This document shows, piece by piece, positions 1-9,805 of a stretch of 64,000 bases of DNA. Both the position numbers and the translations under genes were made by a program. Origin of the DNA: a virus. Lineage: Duplodnaviria > Caudoviricetes. Location of the stretch: positions 357 to 64,356 of IMG/VR virus record IMGVR_UViG_3300045257_000193; one strand, 5' to 3'. Positions within the stretch are counted from its first letter, which is position 1. Each line of letters opens with the position of its first letter. The notes under the pieces are model-generated. The model was given only the letters and a program-made list of their open reading frames with translations, did no database searches and was not told the DNA's origin.

Positions 1-124
1 TGGAATATGGGAATATTAAATCCGGCATTGATTTTTGAATAGATAAAGCTTCACTAAATTCTTTAAGATTATATATTCTTTGGCAACATAATCCACAACT
101 TGTGCATGGGAATTTATCAATCAT
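1..124 (-). CDS. CxxCxxCC (YkgJ-like) cysteine-cluster protein, 3' end outside window
   Basis: Hand translation from ATG at 124: MIDKFPCTSCGYCCQRIYNL...; open to the window edge; not in the ORF track. Confidence 0.6.
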   Translation of the reverse strand, partial: MIDKFPCTSCGLCCQRIYNLKEFSEALSIQKSMPDLIFPYS

Positions 125-212
125 AATTTTTTTATTAACTAAACATTAAAGATAAGACTTTTAAGTCTAAACATTGCATTTAGGTATTTTTGTTTATATA
201 AAAACTAATACT

Positions 213-653
213 ATGGCTTTAAAGACATTAAGATATATAGCCGGCTCAGGCGGATTCCCTTCTGCCGGATCACTCCCAGCAGCAGTAACAAAAACAGGAA
301 CAATTACTTCTTTATTAACTATTGTTACCGGAACGGGGACGCAGTTTACTAAGGATTTAGTAAGAGGTCAATATTTATACAATTCATCAACTAATGAGGT
401 TAGAAAAATAACAGGTGTATCAAATGATACTACTTTAATAATTGAGTCAGCATTCACATCTGAACTATCTGCTTCTGCAGTTTATATGACTGAGGCTCAA
501 TATGTTTCTATTGCAATAACAGCAACGGGTGGGGCATTTAAAGACGGAGTTGCAATAGCAACCGGTCAATTTATATCATTCAATAGTGATTCGGCAATAT
601 CCCCATTCACATATTCAGGAAGTTTAACATTTGACGTAGGATACACCGAATAG
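213..653 (+). CDS. Putative virion/tail-associated beta-rich protein
   Basis: Thr/Gly/Ser-rich; GTITS..VTGTGTQFT motif typical of fibre domains; ATG 213 follows a TATTTTTG box at 185-192; directly precedes the fibre gene. Confidence 0.55.
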   Translation: MALKTLRYIAGSGGFPSAGSLPAAVTKTGTITSLLTIVTGTGTQFTKDLVRGQYLYNSSTNEVRKITGVSNDTTLIIESAFTSELSASAVYMTEAQYVSIAITATGGAFKDGVAIATGQFISFNSDSAISPFTYSGSLTFDVGYTE

Positions 654-655
654 TT

Positions 656-3574
656 ATGAGCAGAAATAATATATTAGTAATCCCGCAAGGGACAGGTGGA
701 GGCGGCGGCGGTGGAGGTTTGACTTCATTTAATGGTCGCACAACTCCAGCAGCAGTCCCTACAGCTGGCGACTATGATACATTTTATTATACTAAAGCAC
801 AAGGGGATGCTAGATATCTACAACTTGGCAATAATCTTTCTGACTTAGCTTCAGCATCTACAGCCAGAACAAATCTGGGACTTGGAACACTTGCTACTCA
901 AAATGGTGTATTTTCTGGAACTTCTTCCGGAACAAATACCGGAGATCAGACAATAACATTAACCGGAGATATTACTGGTAGTGGCTCCGGATCTTTTGCA
1001 ACTACTATTGGTGCTGGTAAAGTAACGAATGCGATGCTTTCCGGATCAATCGCATATAGTAAATTATCTCTTTCTGGAGCACTATTGCCTACCGATTTCC
1101 CTAATCAATCAGCAAATGTTTTCTTTTCTGGTCCTTCATCTGGATCAGCTGCAACTCCTTCTTGGAGAGCGTTAACACTTGCTGATATGCCTGTATTTAC
1201 AGGGTATACTTCCGGTCCAGGTGTAATTAGTTCTACCGATACAGCATTTACAGCCATTCAGAAATTGGATGGTAATGCTCAAAAGAATAGAGAAACAGGT
1301 ACAATATATAATGAAGGTTTTGCTTCAGGAACAATAGCCACAAACTATACTGTAATAGGTGGGGCTGGCCCAACGTTTACACTAACAGGTAGTTCTATTG
1401 TTGTAAGTGGTGGAACGGGTGTTTATACGCAAGGGATTTCATTGAAAGATTATCCGCTTGTTTCTGATAGATGGTTATGGACTGCTGAATACACGCTTGG
1501 TGACGTAAATACTGCTGGAATTGCCTTTGGCGTTTATTCTGCAACGCGGTCTTTAATAATTCAGCTTGACACGACAACATCTGCGACATCTGTATTCAAA
1601 ATACAAGATGGATCATTTGACATTAGTAATACTATTAATGATTTCAACTCAAGTATAGCGGTAGCATCAGGAGATTCTATTCGAATTTCAATTGAGTATC
1701 TTGATAATAACTTAAATGTTATCGCATATAATAAAACTGCAAAAACAACATTAAAGTATACCTTCTACTTCTCAGAAGGTGGTGCTGCAACTCCGGCTGA
1801 ATATACATATGGGTCACCTACTATATTTGCAATTGGTGGTAATAACCATGCAGTCACGCTAAGTACTATTAAAGATAGGAATCTATATAATTGTGATTAC
1901 TTCTTTACAGGTGATTCAATAATGAAAGGATATTCTGGTTGTGATGCAGAATATACATTTGTTGGATTGCTTAGACAGGAAGGAATTTCTCTTGCTAAAC
2001 TGGCTACCCACTCAGCCGTTATATCTGATTTCAACAACCAGGCATACATAAACTATTTATTGAAGGTAAACCCGACAATAGCAATAGTTAATTTTATTGG
2101 TACAAATAGTGTTGTAGGTGTCGGTGCAACTCAGGCAGTTATTGACTACAACGCTTTGGTTACGCGCCAGAAGGCTGCTGGATTTACAGTAATACATATT
2201 ACAGCTCTTGATAGATCTGGCGTAACTGCTGGGATAAATACATTTAATGCAAACATATTCTCTACATATCCAACAGATACTATTATTGATGCAAATGCAA
2301 TAATGGGTGCAAACTCTTCTGGATTAATGGATGGAATCCATCCTTATGTAGAAGGACATAGAATATTAAAAAATGCAATCAAGCCTTATCTGCAAGTTAA
2401 AACAAGTACAATTCCAAGACATTTTGTAGACAGAAGTGCGCGTATTTTATCATTAAGTGGTAATACTGTATCAAGTAATGCAACATTTACAACAACAGAT
2501 ACTTCATTAACATTAAATACTGCAAACTTCTCAAACTTTACATTTAATGGATATATCTCTATATTCAAAACATCTACCGGAGAAACTGAGTTGGCTTCTT
2601 ATAATGGGCGTGATTCAACAAGTAAATTAATAGGCGTAACTAGGGGCTTATACAATTCAACAGCATTAGCCATTGCAAGTTCTAGTGATGCTGTTATATC
2701 TACTATATTAGATATAAAAAGTGCAAGCCAAATTTCAACACCATATTATACTGAAAGAGTGGTACCTTCTGGTGGTGGAACCGGATTTGTATGGAATAGG
2801 CTTGGACCAATGACAAATGGCGATCAATACCACTGGCATGTTACCACTGCTTCAAACCTTGTTAGATTTTCTTCTGTAGGAAGTTTATTTATGCGTTATA
2901 CGCGTAACGCTACTACCGATGTAGTTGAACAAATGTACCAAACATATACATCAGGAACACTCACAACCAATTATAGACAATCGTTAGATGCTAACGGGCT
3001 ATTTATATTAGTTGCTGGAGCAGGTTCTACTTCTTATGTTTGGGCTGCTGATGCATCAAGAAACTTCTGTATTGGGAGCAACACTACAATATATAGAACA
3101 ACAAATGCTGGAGGTAACGTAACAGCACAAATATTCTTAAATCCAGCTCAATCTGTTACTGCTGGAGTAGGGTATGCTTATGATACAACGAATGGAATGT
3201 CATTTACGCAAGGTAATGGTACTAGAATGGTTGCTGGAGCAGCGTTCAAACCTATTAACTTAACAGCAACAGCTGGTAGTGAAGCTATGGATTTAGGTGT
3301 TTATACTCAAACGGGCGGTACGGCAATGGCGGTACGTGCAACATTTGGAGCTTCTACATTAACATTAATTGATGCTTATAATTTAGTAGTAGGCACAACA
3401 ACAGGCACAAAAATAGGTACTGCAACAACACAAAAAATAGGGTTTTGGAATGCAACGCCAGTAGTTCAACAAACTGGTGGGGCAGCAACAGCGGGAGTAG
3501 CATATACAAGTACAGAACAAGCAATGTTGAATGCGCTATATACAATGGCTCGTAATACAGGGTTACTATCTTAA
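656..3574 (+). CDS. Tail fibre/spike with SGNH (GDSL-like) hydrolase domain
   Basis: Fibre repeat NNLSDLASASTARTNLGLG; SGNH blocks FTGDSI, IGTN and DGIHP. Confidence 0.8.
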   Translation: MSRNNILVIPQGTGGGGGGGGLTSFNGRTTPAAVPTAGDYDTFYYTKAQGDARYLQLGNNLSDLASASTARTNLGLGTLATQNGVFSGTSSGTNTGDQTITLTGDITGSGSGSFATTIGAGKVTNAMLSGSIAYSKLSLSGALLPTDFPNQSANVFFSGPSSGSAATPSWRALTLADMPVFTGYTSGPGVISSTDTAFTAIQKLDGNAQKNRETGTIYNEGFASGTIATNYTVIGGAGPTFTLTGSSIVVSGGTGVYTQGISLKDYPLVSDRWLWTAEYTLGDVNTAGIAFGVYSATRSLIIQLDTTTSATSVFKIQDGSFDISNTINDFNSSIAVASGDSIRISIEYLDNNLNVIAYNKTAKTTLKYTFYFSEGGAATPAEYTYGSPTIFAIGGNNHAVTLSTIKDRNLYNCDYFFTGDSIMKGYSGCDAEYTFVGLLRQEGISLAKLATHSAVISDFNNQAYINYLLKVNPTIAIVNFIGTNSVVGVGATQAVIDYNALVTRQKAAGFTVIHITALDRSGVTAGINTFNANIFSTYPTDTIIDANAIMGANSSGLMDGIHPYVEGHRILKNAIKPYLQVKTSTIPRHFVDRSARILSLSGNTVSSNATFTTTDTSLTLNTANFSNFTFNGYISIFKTSTGETELASYNGRDSTSKLIGVTRGLYNSTALAIASSSDAVISTILDIKSASQISTPYYTERVVPSGGGTGFVWNRLGPMTNGDQYHWHVTTASNLVRFSSVGSLFMRYTRNATTDVVEQMYQTYTSGTLTTNYRQSLDANGLFILVAGAGSTSYVWAADASRNFCIGSNTTIYRTTNAGGNVTAQIFLNPAQSVTAGVGYAYDTTNGMSFTQGNGTRMVAGAAFKPINLTATAGSEAMDLGVYTQTGGTAMAVRATFGASTLTLIDAYNLVVGTTTGTKIGTATTQKIGFWNATPVVQQTGGAATAGVAYTSTEQAMLNALYTMARNTGLLS

Positions 3575-3579
3575 TAATT

Positions 3580-3813
3580 ATGACAAAAGAAGAAATTACA
3601 TCGCAGGCAATAGTTGAAAATATAGGACAGGATGAACAAGATTCAGCCCTTACTATGTTTTCAGTAAAAATTCAAGATTCAGAATTTAAATATGGGATTG
3701 GAATTGATTTAGAAGCTGGCAAATCAAGACTAGATGGATTGAGTGAAAAAGAGCAATTTGAACTAGTAATTTCAGAAAATTTGAATGATATTTACGATAA
3801 GTTAAACCAATAA
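3580..3813 (+). CDS. Hypothetical acidic protein
   Basis: 77 aa ORF in operon after the fibre gene. Confidence 0.6.
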   Translation: MTKEEITSQAIVENIGQDEQDSALTMFSVKIQDSEFKYGIGIDLEAGKSRLDGLSEKEQFELVISENLNDIYDKLNQ

Positions 3814-3824
3814 ACAAACAGAAA

Positions 3825-4298
3825 ATGAAAGTATTACCATTAGATTTAGCACCAGTAGCAACATTAATCTCTACGTACGAAGAAGGGAAATTAGTGTCAG
3901 GGCTATTACTGGAACCTACATTAACAACAGGAACTTTGAATCGGTTAATTAAAATAAGATCTAAATTCTTGGCTGCAAACGAAGATTACGAAACAGCAAG
4001 ATTGGCTATTGGCGATAGAAATGGAATTAAAGCAGGAGACGTATTAGATGAAAATAATGAAGATCATAAACAATTCTTCATTGAATTTCAGGAGCTTATT
4101 TCAACTCCGGTAGATATTGATTTTACTTCAGTGTCACCTGACTTTATTGACAATATTGTTATTTCTGAAAGCAAAATAATCGACGGATTTAAAGACAATC
4201 TTGAAGCATTATATGTACTTCTGGAGATTATTAAAGGTGAATATGAATATGTAGCGCCTGTTAAGGAAGCGGTATTGACTCCTGAGATTACTGAGTAA
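3825..4298 (+). CDS. Hypothetical protein (possible fibre-assembly chaperone)
   Basis: 157 aa acidic helical protein; position after the fibre gene. Confidence 0.5.
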   Translation: MKVLPLDLAPVATLISTYEEGKLVSGLLLEPTLTTGTLNRLIKIRSKFLAANEDYETARLAIGDRNGIKAGDVLDENNEDHKQFFIEFQELISTPVDIDFTSVSPDFIDNIVISESKIIDGFKDNLEALYVLLEIIKGEYEYVAPVKEAVLTPEITE

Positions 4299-4873
4299 TG
4301 ATTGACTTAACTAAAATACAAACAGGTGACGTAATGTTTCTACGGGTTCGATGGAATCCGTGGAACATTAAAACCTATTTGTCCAGGCTAATTAATTTCG
4401 GAATTAATTTTTGGGATGGATTACTAAACGGCGTTTTCGGAGCAGATTATACATATTGCCCATGCAACCATGTGGGCATATTCATTAATGAAAATGGTAC
4501 CATATATTTATGTGAAGCGGATGAATTTGGCTTTACTAGGAAAATATCCAGCATAAGACTTCGTGATATAAACAATAACGATATCTGGGTTAAGAGATTC
4601 CCAGATTTAAATAACGTAGAAGATGACATAAATAAAATGCTTGGAACTAAGTATGATTATGGTTTTCTTATTCGTGAATTTGGCGATCTATTGACAGACA
4701 AAAAGTTTGAAGGTTCAAAGATGCATGATTTTAAAGAGGGTGTTTGTTCAAATATAGTAGCAAAGATATTAAATTCAAGTAACCCGGATCTATGTAAAAG
4801 TCCTTATAACTATACACCAAAGGATATTTACTTTGAAAAAGGTGGCATATTATTAACAGATATATATAATTGA
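4298..4873 (+). CDS. Permuted papain-like NlpC/P60 amidase (YiiX/YebB-like)
   Basis: QTGDVMF, NHVGI (His), KYDY, CSNIV (Cys), TPKDI in the permuted order. Confidence 0.75.
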   Translation: MIDLTKIQTGDVMFLRVRWNPWNIKTYLSRLINFGINFWDGLLNGVFGADYTYCPCNHVGIFINENGTIYLCEADEFGFTRKISSIRLRDINNNDIWVKRFPDLNNVEDDINKMLGTKYDYGFLIREFGDLLTDKKFEGSKMHDFKEGVCSNIVAKILNSSNPDLCKSPYNYTPKDIYFEKGGILLTDIYN

Positions 4874-5304
4874 TGGATACACTATTGATGGAAGTCGCAA
4901 AATATTCATGGATAGTAGCCGTAATGGTTGCAATGTTTCTGCTTATTTTGTGGCTTCTATATAAAATTAACAACAGCAATATTGATAAGGTAAAAACGGA
5001 ATTAATGACTAGCATTAATAATGTGAAAATTGATATGATAGAAAATGCCAATAAAATAAAAATTGGTGTTGATAAGGACGTTGTAGTCCTTAAATCAGAT
5101 CAGGACCATCTATCAAAACAGCTTGAAGAGGTTAAGTTTAATATCCATAATGTGAATAAAAACATGGTAACTATGCAGCACGATGTTAGAACTATGAACC
5201 GGACTATGGATAAGGTGAGTCACACGCTTACACTTCTGTCGATTCAAATGGGCAGCAATTTAAAGGATGCGATAAAGGATAGTATTGATAATCTAGGAGA
5301 ATAA
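4870..5304 (+). CDS. Membrane-anchored coiled-coil protein (lysis cassette)
   Basis: N-terminal TM helix plus coiled coil; directly upstream of the endolysin. Confidence 0.55.
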   Translation: MMDTLLMEVAKYSWIVAVMVAMFLLILWLLYKINNSNIDKVKTELMTSINNVKIDMIENANKIKIGVDKDVVVLKSDQDHLSKQLEEVKFNIHNVNKNMVTMQHDVRTMNRTMDKVSHTLTLLSIQMGSNLKDAIKDSIDNLGE

Positions 5305-5307
5305 ACT

Positions 5308-5820
5308 ATGAAAATGACACCACAAGATTTTACTAAAGTATACTATCCTTATGCCTTACAGTGTGAAAAAAGCACAGGTATTTCTGCGTTAGCTATACTA
5401 GCCCAGGCGGCATGGGAAAGTGGATGGGGTGAACACACTATAGATAATAATTTCTTCGGTCAAAAGGATTCTGATAAGGATCACTCAAATGCAAAATTAG
5501 TAACAACTACCGAATACAGTTCAAGAGCTGACCTAAAGTTCCCGGAAATAATTTCAATTACGCCATATACTAATTCGTTGGGGCAAAAAAAATATAAATA
5601 TTTAATTAAGGACTGGTTTACAACCTACTCAACTCCAGCTGAAGGATTTGAAGATCATGCACAGTTCTTTATTCGTAATCCAAGGTATTCACAAGCCATG
5701 AAAGTAAAGGTTGATCCAGAATTATTTATACAAGAAGTTTCTAAGGCTGGCTATGCAACAGATCCTAACTACGACAAGAATTTAATATCTATTGTTCATA
5801 CATTAAAGAAATTTATATAA
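5308..5820 (+). CDS. Endolysin, GH73 glucosaminidase (FlgJ-like)
   Basis: LAQAAWESGWG, NNFFG and GYATDPNY motifs. Confidence 0.9.
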   Translation: MKMTPQDFTKVYYPYALQCEKSTGISALAILAQAAWESGWGEHTIDNNFFGQKDSDKDHSNAKLVTTTEYSSRADLKFPEIISITPYTNSLGQKKYKYLIKDWFTTYSTPAEGFEDHAQFFIRNPRYSQAMKVKVDPELFIQEVSKAGYATDPNYDKNLISIVHTLKKFI

Positions 5821-6110
5821 TGAACAAGATACTTTCATACATAGGCGCAAGTTTCGATACCACAAAAGAAGGTGCCAGCGCGCGCAAACTTACAGCCTTT
5901 TGGTTTGTAATGCTCACTACATATATAGAAATTAAGCATGTAGACAAGGAAAGTATAGTTATGATATCGTGCATTGATGTGGCTGCAGCATTTTTATGTC
6001 TATCAATTATTAGTATTACTGATATAATTAATTTAAGAAGTGGTAATACCACTGTAAGTAAACAAGAAATTACAATTAAGGATACTAAAACTGAGTCGCC
6101 AACACAATGA
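5820..6110 (+). CDS. Putative holin
   Basis: Small, two hydrophobic segments, SARKL motif, charged C-terminus; follows the endolysin. Confidence 0.6.
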   Translation: MNKILSYIGASFDTTKEGASARKLTAFWFVMLTTYIEIKHVDKESIVMISCIDVAAAFLCLSIISITDIINLRSGNTTVSKQEITIKDTKTESPTQ

Positions 6111-6529
6111 TATACCCAGTCATAATCATACTAACAGTTCTAATCCTTATCACAATTGCAGGTTATTGTAATGGGGTAATGGATTATATAAAAATGCATA
6201 ACCTGGATTCTGAAAGCTGGAAAAATAAATGGGAGTGGATAATTACCGAAAATGGAGAAGAAAGACAACCGTATATAAAACAATGGTATTATCTAGGATT
6301 GTATTCACCTGCATTTAAAGAAGAATACCCATTCTCAAGCACTATTTTAGTTTTCTTAACCGATGAATGGCATAGTGAAAAGTGGACAATGTTTCTGATG
6401 TACGAGTTTATTATTTCTACCGGATTTGTTTGCTATGAAAACCTTGATTGGTGGTTAGTTCCAGTCGGAATAATTATCTTAAAAACAGTGCGTGGCTTAG
6501 GATTCACCTTAAAATACGATAAGAAATGA
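6107..6529 (+). CDS. Membrane protein
   Basis: Several TM segments, SWKNKW and FLTDEWH motifs. Confidence 0.6.
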   Translation: MIYPVIIILTVLILITIAGYCNGVMDYIKMHNLDSESWKNKWEWIITENGEERQPYIKQWYYLGLYSPAFKEEYPFSSTILVFLTDEWHSEKWTMFLMYEFIISTGFVCYENLDWWLVPVGIIILKTVRGLGFTLKYDKK

Positions 6530-6602
6530 AATATTATAACGCGCTAATGATTGTTGTTGTAATTGTAATAGCTATATTACTATATATGAACAACGTTAAG
6601 TA

Positions 6603-7130
6603 ATGTTTGCCATCGGACCGATATTAGACTTTATTAAAAATCTATTCCCATTCATTGTTTGCGGAGTAATATTCCTATTATTTCACTTGTGGCAAAAGTC
6701 ACAGCAAGAGTTAGAAAATGCTAAAACTATTGCTGGATTTAAAGAGTCGCACTTCGCTATCAGTAAGGATCTATTAAAAGAGCAACTTCAGAATAAGTGG
6801 AATGATTCAATACTAACAACTAACGGATATAAGACAAAGAATGTACAGGCGGTCACTAATATCCATTACCACAAGACAGAAATTGTAAGCAAGGACTCTG
6901 TGGTGACTATCATGGATTCTTCCGTGTGCATCGATTACAATTACAAAGGATTTAAGTTAAGTGGGTGTAATGGCACCTATACGGACGATCGGGACTTTGC
7001 TGCAACGGGGTTTGTAATCAACCAGCCTACTAAAAGGTTTTTATTTATCAAGTACCGTAAAAGGCCAATACTAAAAGCATGGACCTCTTACGGGGATACT
7101 CTAAATGTTAGTTTGATTCAGAAGAAGTAG
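6603..7130 (+). CDS. Putative spanin-like membrane protein
   Basis: N-terminal TM, coiled coil, last gene of the lysis cassette. Confidence 0.45.
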   Translation: MFAIGPILDFIKNLFPFIVCGVIFLLFHLWQKSQQELENAKTIAGFKESHFAISKDLLKEQLQNKWNDSILTTNGYKTKNVQAVTNIHYHKTEIVSKDSVVTIMDSSVCIDYNYKGFKLSGCNGTYTDDRDFAATGFVINQPTKRFLFIKYRKRPILKAWTSYGDTLNVSLIQKK

Positions 7131-7133
7131 GTA

Positions 7134-7688
7134 TTAATAAATGCCTAAGTCAATAAATATTTCCTTGTCTGTAATCTTTTGTATAGAAGGATTTGATCCT
7201 CTCATTTCTAATACAACAGGGACTAACACCATTTCCTCATAGAACACTTCTTGATATTCTCTAAACATGAATTGCTTGTATCTGTTGTCTTTGCCTAATA
7301 GGGTTATGTACCTTCCATCATATTCTACGCGGTAATCTCCAGCAAAGTGAGGTTCTATTGGTACAGTAATAACAGTTGGAGGCTTATTGACACCTTCAAC
7401 CATTCCTTTATCAACTGAGAACTGGTACCACTTTTTAAGCTCTTCCTTCTTCTTTCCAACTTCTTGGCGCATATATGTTGTATTGATATACATAAGCTTT
7501 TCTTCGTCTAACAATTCCATGTACGCTACGATATGAGCGAACTCTTCAACTAGGCGTGTGTTATTACTTTTTTCTTGTCCATTCTGCACATCATCCAGGC
7601 CAAACACAATTGCCTTACTTGCGCGCTGAGCTGTCTCACTACATTCTTCTGCCAACTTTGTTAGCAGATATTGAACTCGATTCATCAT
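7134..7688 (-). CDS. MazG-like nucleotide pyrophosphohydrolase with C-terminal extension
   Basis: KLAEECSETAQ...EEFAHIVAYMELL resembles the MazG EExxE/EExxD helices. Confidence 0.65.
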   Translation of the reverse strand: MMNRVQYLLTKLAEECSETAQRASKAIVFGLDDVQNGQEKSNNTRLVEEFAHIVAYMELLDEEKLMYINTTYMRQEVGKKKEELKKWYQFSVDKGMVEGVNKPPTVITVPIEPHFAGDYRVEYDGRYITLLGKDNRYKQFMFREYQEVFYEEMVLVPVVLEMRGSNPSIQKITDKEIFIDLGIY

Positions 7689-8401
7689 AATATTTTTGTT
7701 CTACAATAATGTATACTATCCTGAACACCGCCTTTTGCGGGATCGTACTTGTTGCGTGGGTCGTTGTGACAATCACATGTCTGATTAATCACTTTTGCGA
7801 TTATATATTCCTGCCTCATTACATAATACTTCTTGCCTTCTATCTCATTCTCAAACTCGGAGTTCTCAAAGAAATGAATGGTATCTCCAACTGTAAAATC
7901 AACCGCGCCACCAATGTACGGAGATGGCACATGATCTACTATTCCGGTTAAACTTTGAATCTTCTCTATACTATACAGTAAGGCGCTTTCAACGCTTTTC
8001 TTAGGAGTTATAAGTACGTGTCCGGCGATAGTTTTAATCTCACCGTCGCGGACCACACATATGATGCTGTCATACCTAACCTTCAGATACATTTTATCTT
8101 CATGCACGATCAGGTTTTCATCATTGAAGGCAATGTAGTAGAAGTAGGCTTTGTCGCCGACCTTAACTTCCATTTCACAATCCTGCAGCTTATGGTACGA
8201 AAAGTCCATAGCATCCGATCCAAGTCGATCCGGAACAGATACAACCTCGCCGTAAATACGAATACGATCATTTGGGTTGTACGTTCCGTCATTAAATGCC
8301 AGCTTTCCGTCATAAAGGAATAGGGTGGTGCCACCGATCTGTAATTCGTTTTCTGACTTCTTATATACCCTTAGTAGGACAAAATCTTTTGAACACTTCA
8401 T
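7685..8401 (-). CDS. Tandem double GroES-like co-chaperonin
   Basis: Two GroES-like repeats: DFVLLR..GEVVSVP..EVKVGDKAYF and HVLITP..FTVGDTIHF..IEGKKYYVMRQEYIIA. Confidence 0.7.
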   Translation of the reverse strand: MKCSKDFVLLRVYKKSENELQIGGTTLFLYDGKLAFNDGTYNPNDRIRIYGEVVSVPDRLGSDAMDFSYHKLQDCEMEVKVGDKAYFYYIAFNDENLIVHEDKMYLKVRYDSIICVVRDGEIKTIAGHVLITPKKSVESALLYSIEKIQSLTGIVDHVPSPYIGGAVDFTVGDTIHFFENSEFENEIEGKKYYVMRQEYIIAKVINQTCDCHNDPRNKYDPAKGGVQDSIHYCRTKIL

Positions 8402-8661
8402 ACCTTTTTAATTACGCACAACAATTCACTTTCCTTTACTATCAAATATTCATTATCCCCATCCTTAATAGAGTTAACGGAATGCTTAGGGTAAAATACA
8501 ATATCCCCAGGCTGCACAGAACATTCCGGCGTTCCCACTGAAATAACGGTTCCTTTTACTGGCTTTGGAATAGCTGCATTAGGAATGATAATCCCCGACG
8601 CTGTTTTAGATTCATTGGCGATTGGTTCGATCATTACCCAATCATGAAGTGGTTGTACCAT
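8398..8661 (-). CDS. groES: Co-chaperonin GroES (Cpn10)
   Basis: QPLHDWVMI, mobile loop KTASGIIIP, GTVISVG, VQPGDIV, YLIVKESELL. Confidence 0.9.
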   Translation of the reverse strand: MVQPLHDWVMIEPIANESKTASGIIIPNAAIPKPVKGTVISVGTPECSVQPGDIVFYPKHSVNSIKDGDNEYLIVKESELLCVIKKV

Positions 8662-8693
8662 ATATTTTTTTCTTTCTGTAAAAATTAATTATA

Positions 8694-8742
8694 CAAATAT
8701 ATTACTTTTTAATTGGATTGCAAATTTTATTTAATAGATTTG
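8694..8742. promoter_or_regulatory. Divergent Bacteroidota-type promoters
   Basis: TATATTTG on - strand (8694-8701) towards groES; TAGATTTG on + strand (8735-8742). Confidence 0.65.
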
Positions 8743-8769
8743 TGATAGAAATAATTGGTCAAAATAAAT

Positions 8770-8985
8770 ATGTATATACGAAACATTGACAAGGAAGAAA
8801 AAATGAATAGGTGGAAGATTGAAAATAATGTAGAAACTGCTGGTGATATCATTTCTGATAAGACAGCTATTGTCCAAACAATAATTCAAGGTTTATTTGG
8901 TTGTTATTCAGTTGTAATAGTTCCAATATCAAGCACTCTTGATTTAGGAATTGGTTGTGGTCGTGCTGTAAAAATCGAATTTTAA
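8770..8985 (+). CDS. Hypothetical protein
   Basis: First ORF after the + strand promoter; ATG 8770 preferred to TTG 8755. Confidence 0.45.
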   Translation: MYIRNIDKEEKMNRWKIENNVETAGDIISDKTAIVQTIIQGLFGCYSVVIVPISSTLDLGIGCGRAVKIEF

Positions 8986-8987
8986 TT

Positions 8988-9119
8988 ATGGCAGAAAACA
9001 CGCCTTTTGGATACAAAGAAAACGAAGACCTTGATAACTTTGTTTTTGAGGATTTGACCGATCAGTATCTTGATGCCGAATATCCATACATAGAAACCAT
9101 TGAGGAGGAAATAGAATGA
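8988..9119 (+). CDS. Very acidic 43-aa peptide
   Basis: MAENTPFGYKENEDLDNFVFEDLTDQYLDAEYPYIETIEEEIE; ATGA overlap with the next ORF. Confidence 0.6.
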   Translation: MAENTPFGYKENEDLDNFVFEDLTDQYLDAEYPYIETIEEEIE

Positions 9120-9208
9120 CACCAGCGCACATATTAATATCGATTATCTTTTTTGTATTAGTTATTATTTCTATTGCATGGGTTGTCAATCTTTACAATC
9201 ATAATTAA
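9116..9208 (+). CDS. 30-aa transmembrane peptide
   Basis: MTPAHILISIIFFVLVIISIAWVVNLYNHN; coupled at both ends (ATGA, TAATG). Confidence 0.5.
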   Translation: MTPAHILISIIFFVLVIISIAWVVNLYNHN

Positions 9209-9654
9209 TGGGTCCTCGAATATTTAATGGTACGCAATTTAATTTATATGACATATATAAATCAAAGAATAATTTAATAATAAAAGAATATATAAAAGTA
9301 TCAAAAATGGAAAGAGAAATAATAAGTAAAGAAATTGGCGATCCAATAAATATTGATAGGTATATTCCAAATGGTCATGAAAGATTATATCTCGAAATAG
9401 ATTCATTAATTAATTCACTAATTAAATTAAAGGATGATGGCGCTACCCATATTTATGTAGATGGTGAATCTGAAAGCGATTCCTCTATAGTTAATAGTAT
9501 AGAAATTCAGGCTGTATTAAATATTATAGAATCGGACGAAAGTTTTGAAGAAAGACAGCGCAAAAGCAATGAAGCTGCTGAAAATAGTCGTAGATTTTTT
9601 GAACAGTTGGAAAGGCAGCAATACGAAATACTCAAGAAAAAATTTGAATCGTGA
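9208..9654 (+). CDS. Hypothetical protein
   Basis: ORF in operon; alternative start at 9307. Confidence 0.55.
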   Translation: MGPRIFNGTQFNLYDIYKSKNNLIIKEYIKVSKMEREIISKEIGDPINIDRYIPNGHERLYLEIDSLINSLIKLKDDGATHIYVDGESESDSSIVNSIEIQAVLNIIESDESFEERQRKSNEAAENSRRFFEQLERQQYEILKKKFES

Positions 9655-9805
9655 GCAACAGGTTAGAAATCCTTAATGCTAATTATTGGCAGCATTATAA
9701 AGCAGCTCAAGAACTTGCTGGTTTTTTATATTTAAAACATCCGCGCAGGGTTGCTATTGAGGCAGAGTTAAATAAATTATTAACAGAAATACATAAGTTA
9801 AGCAA

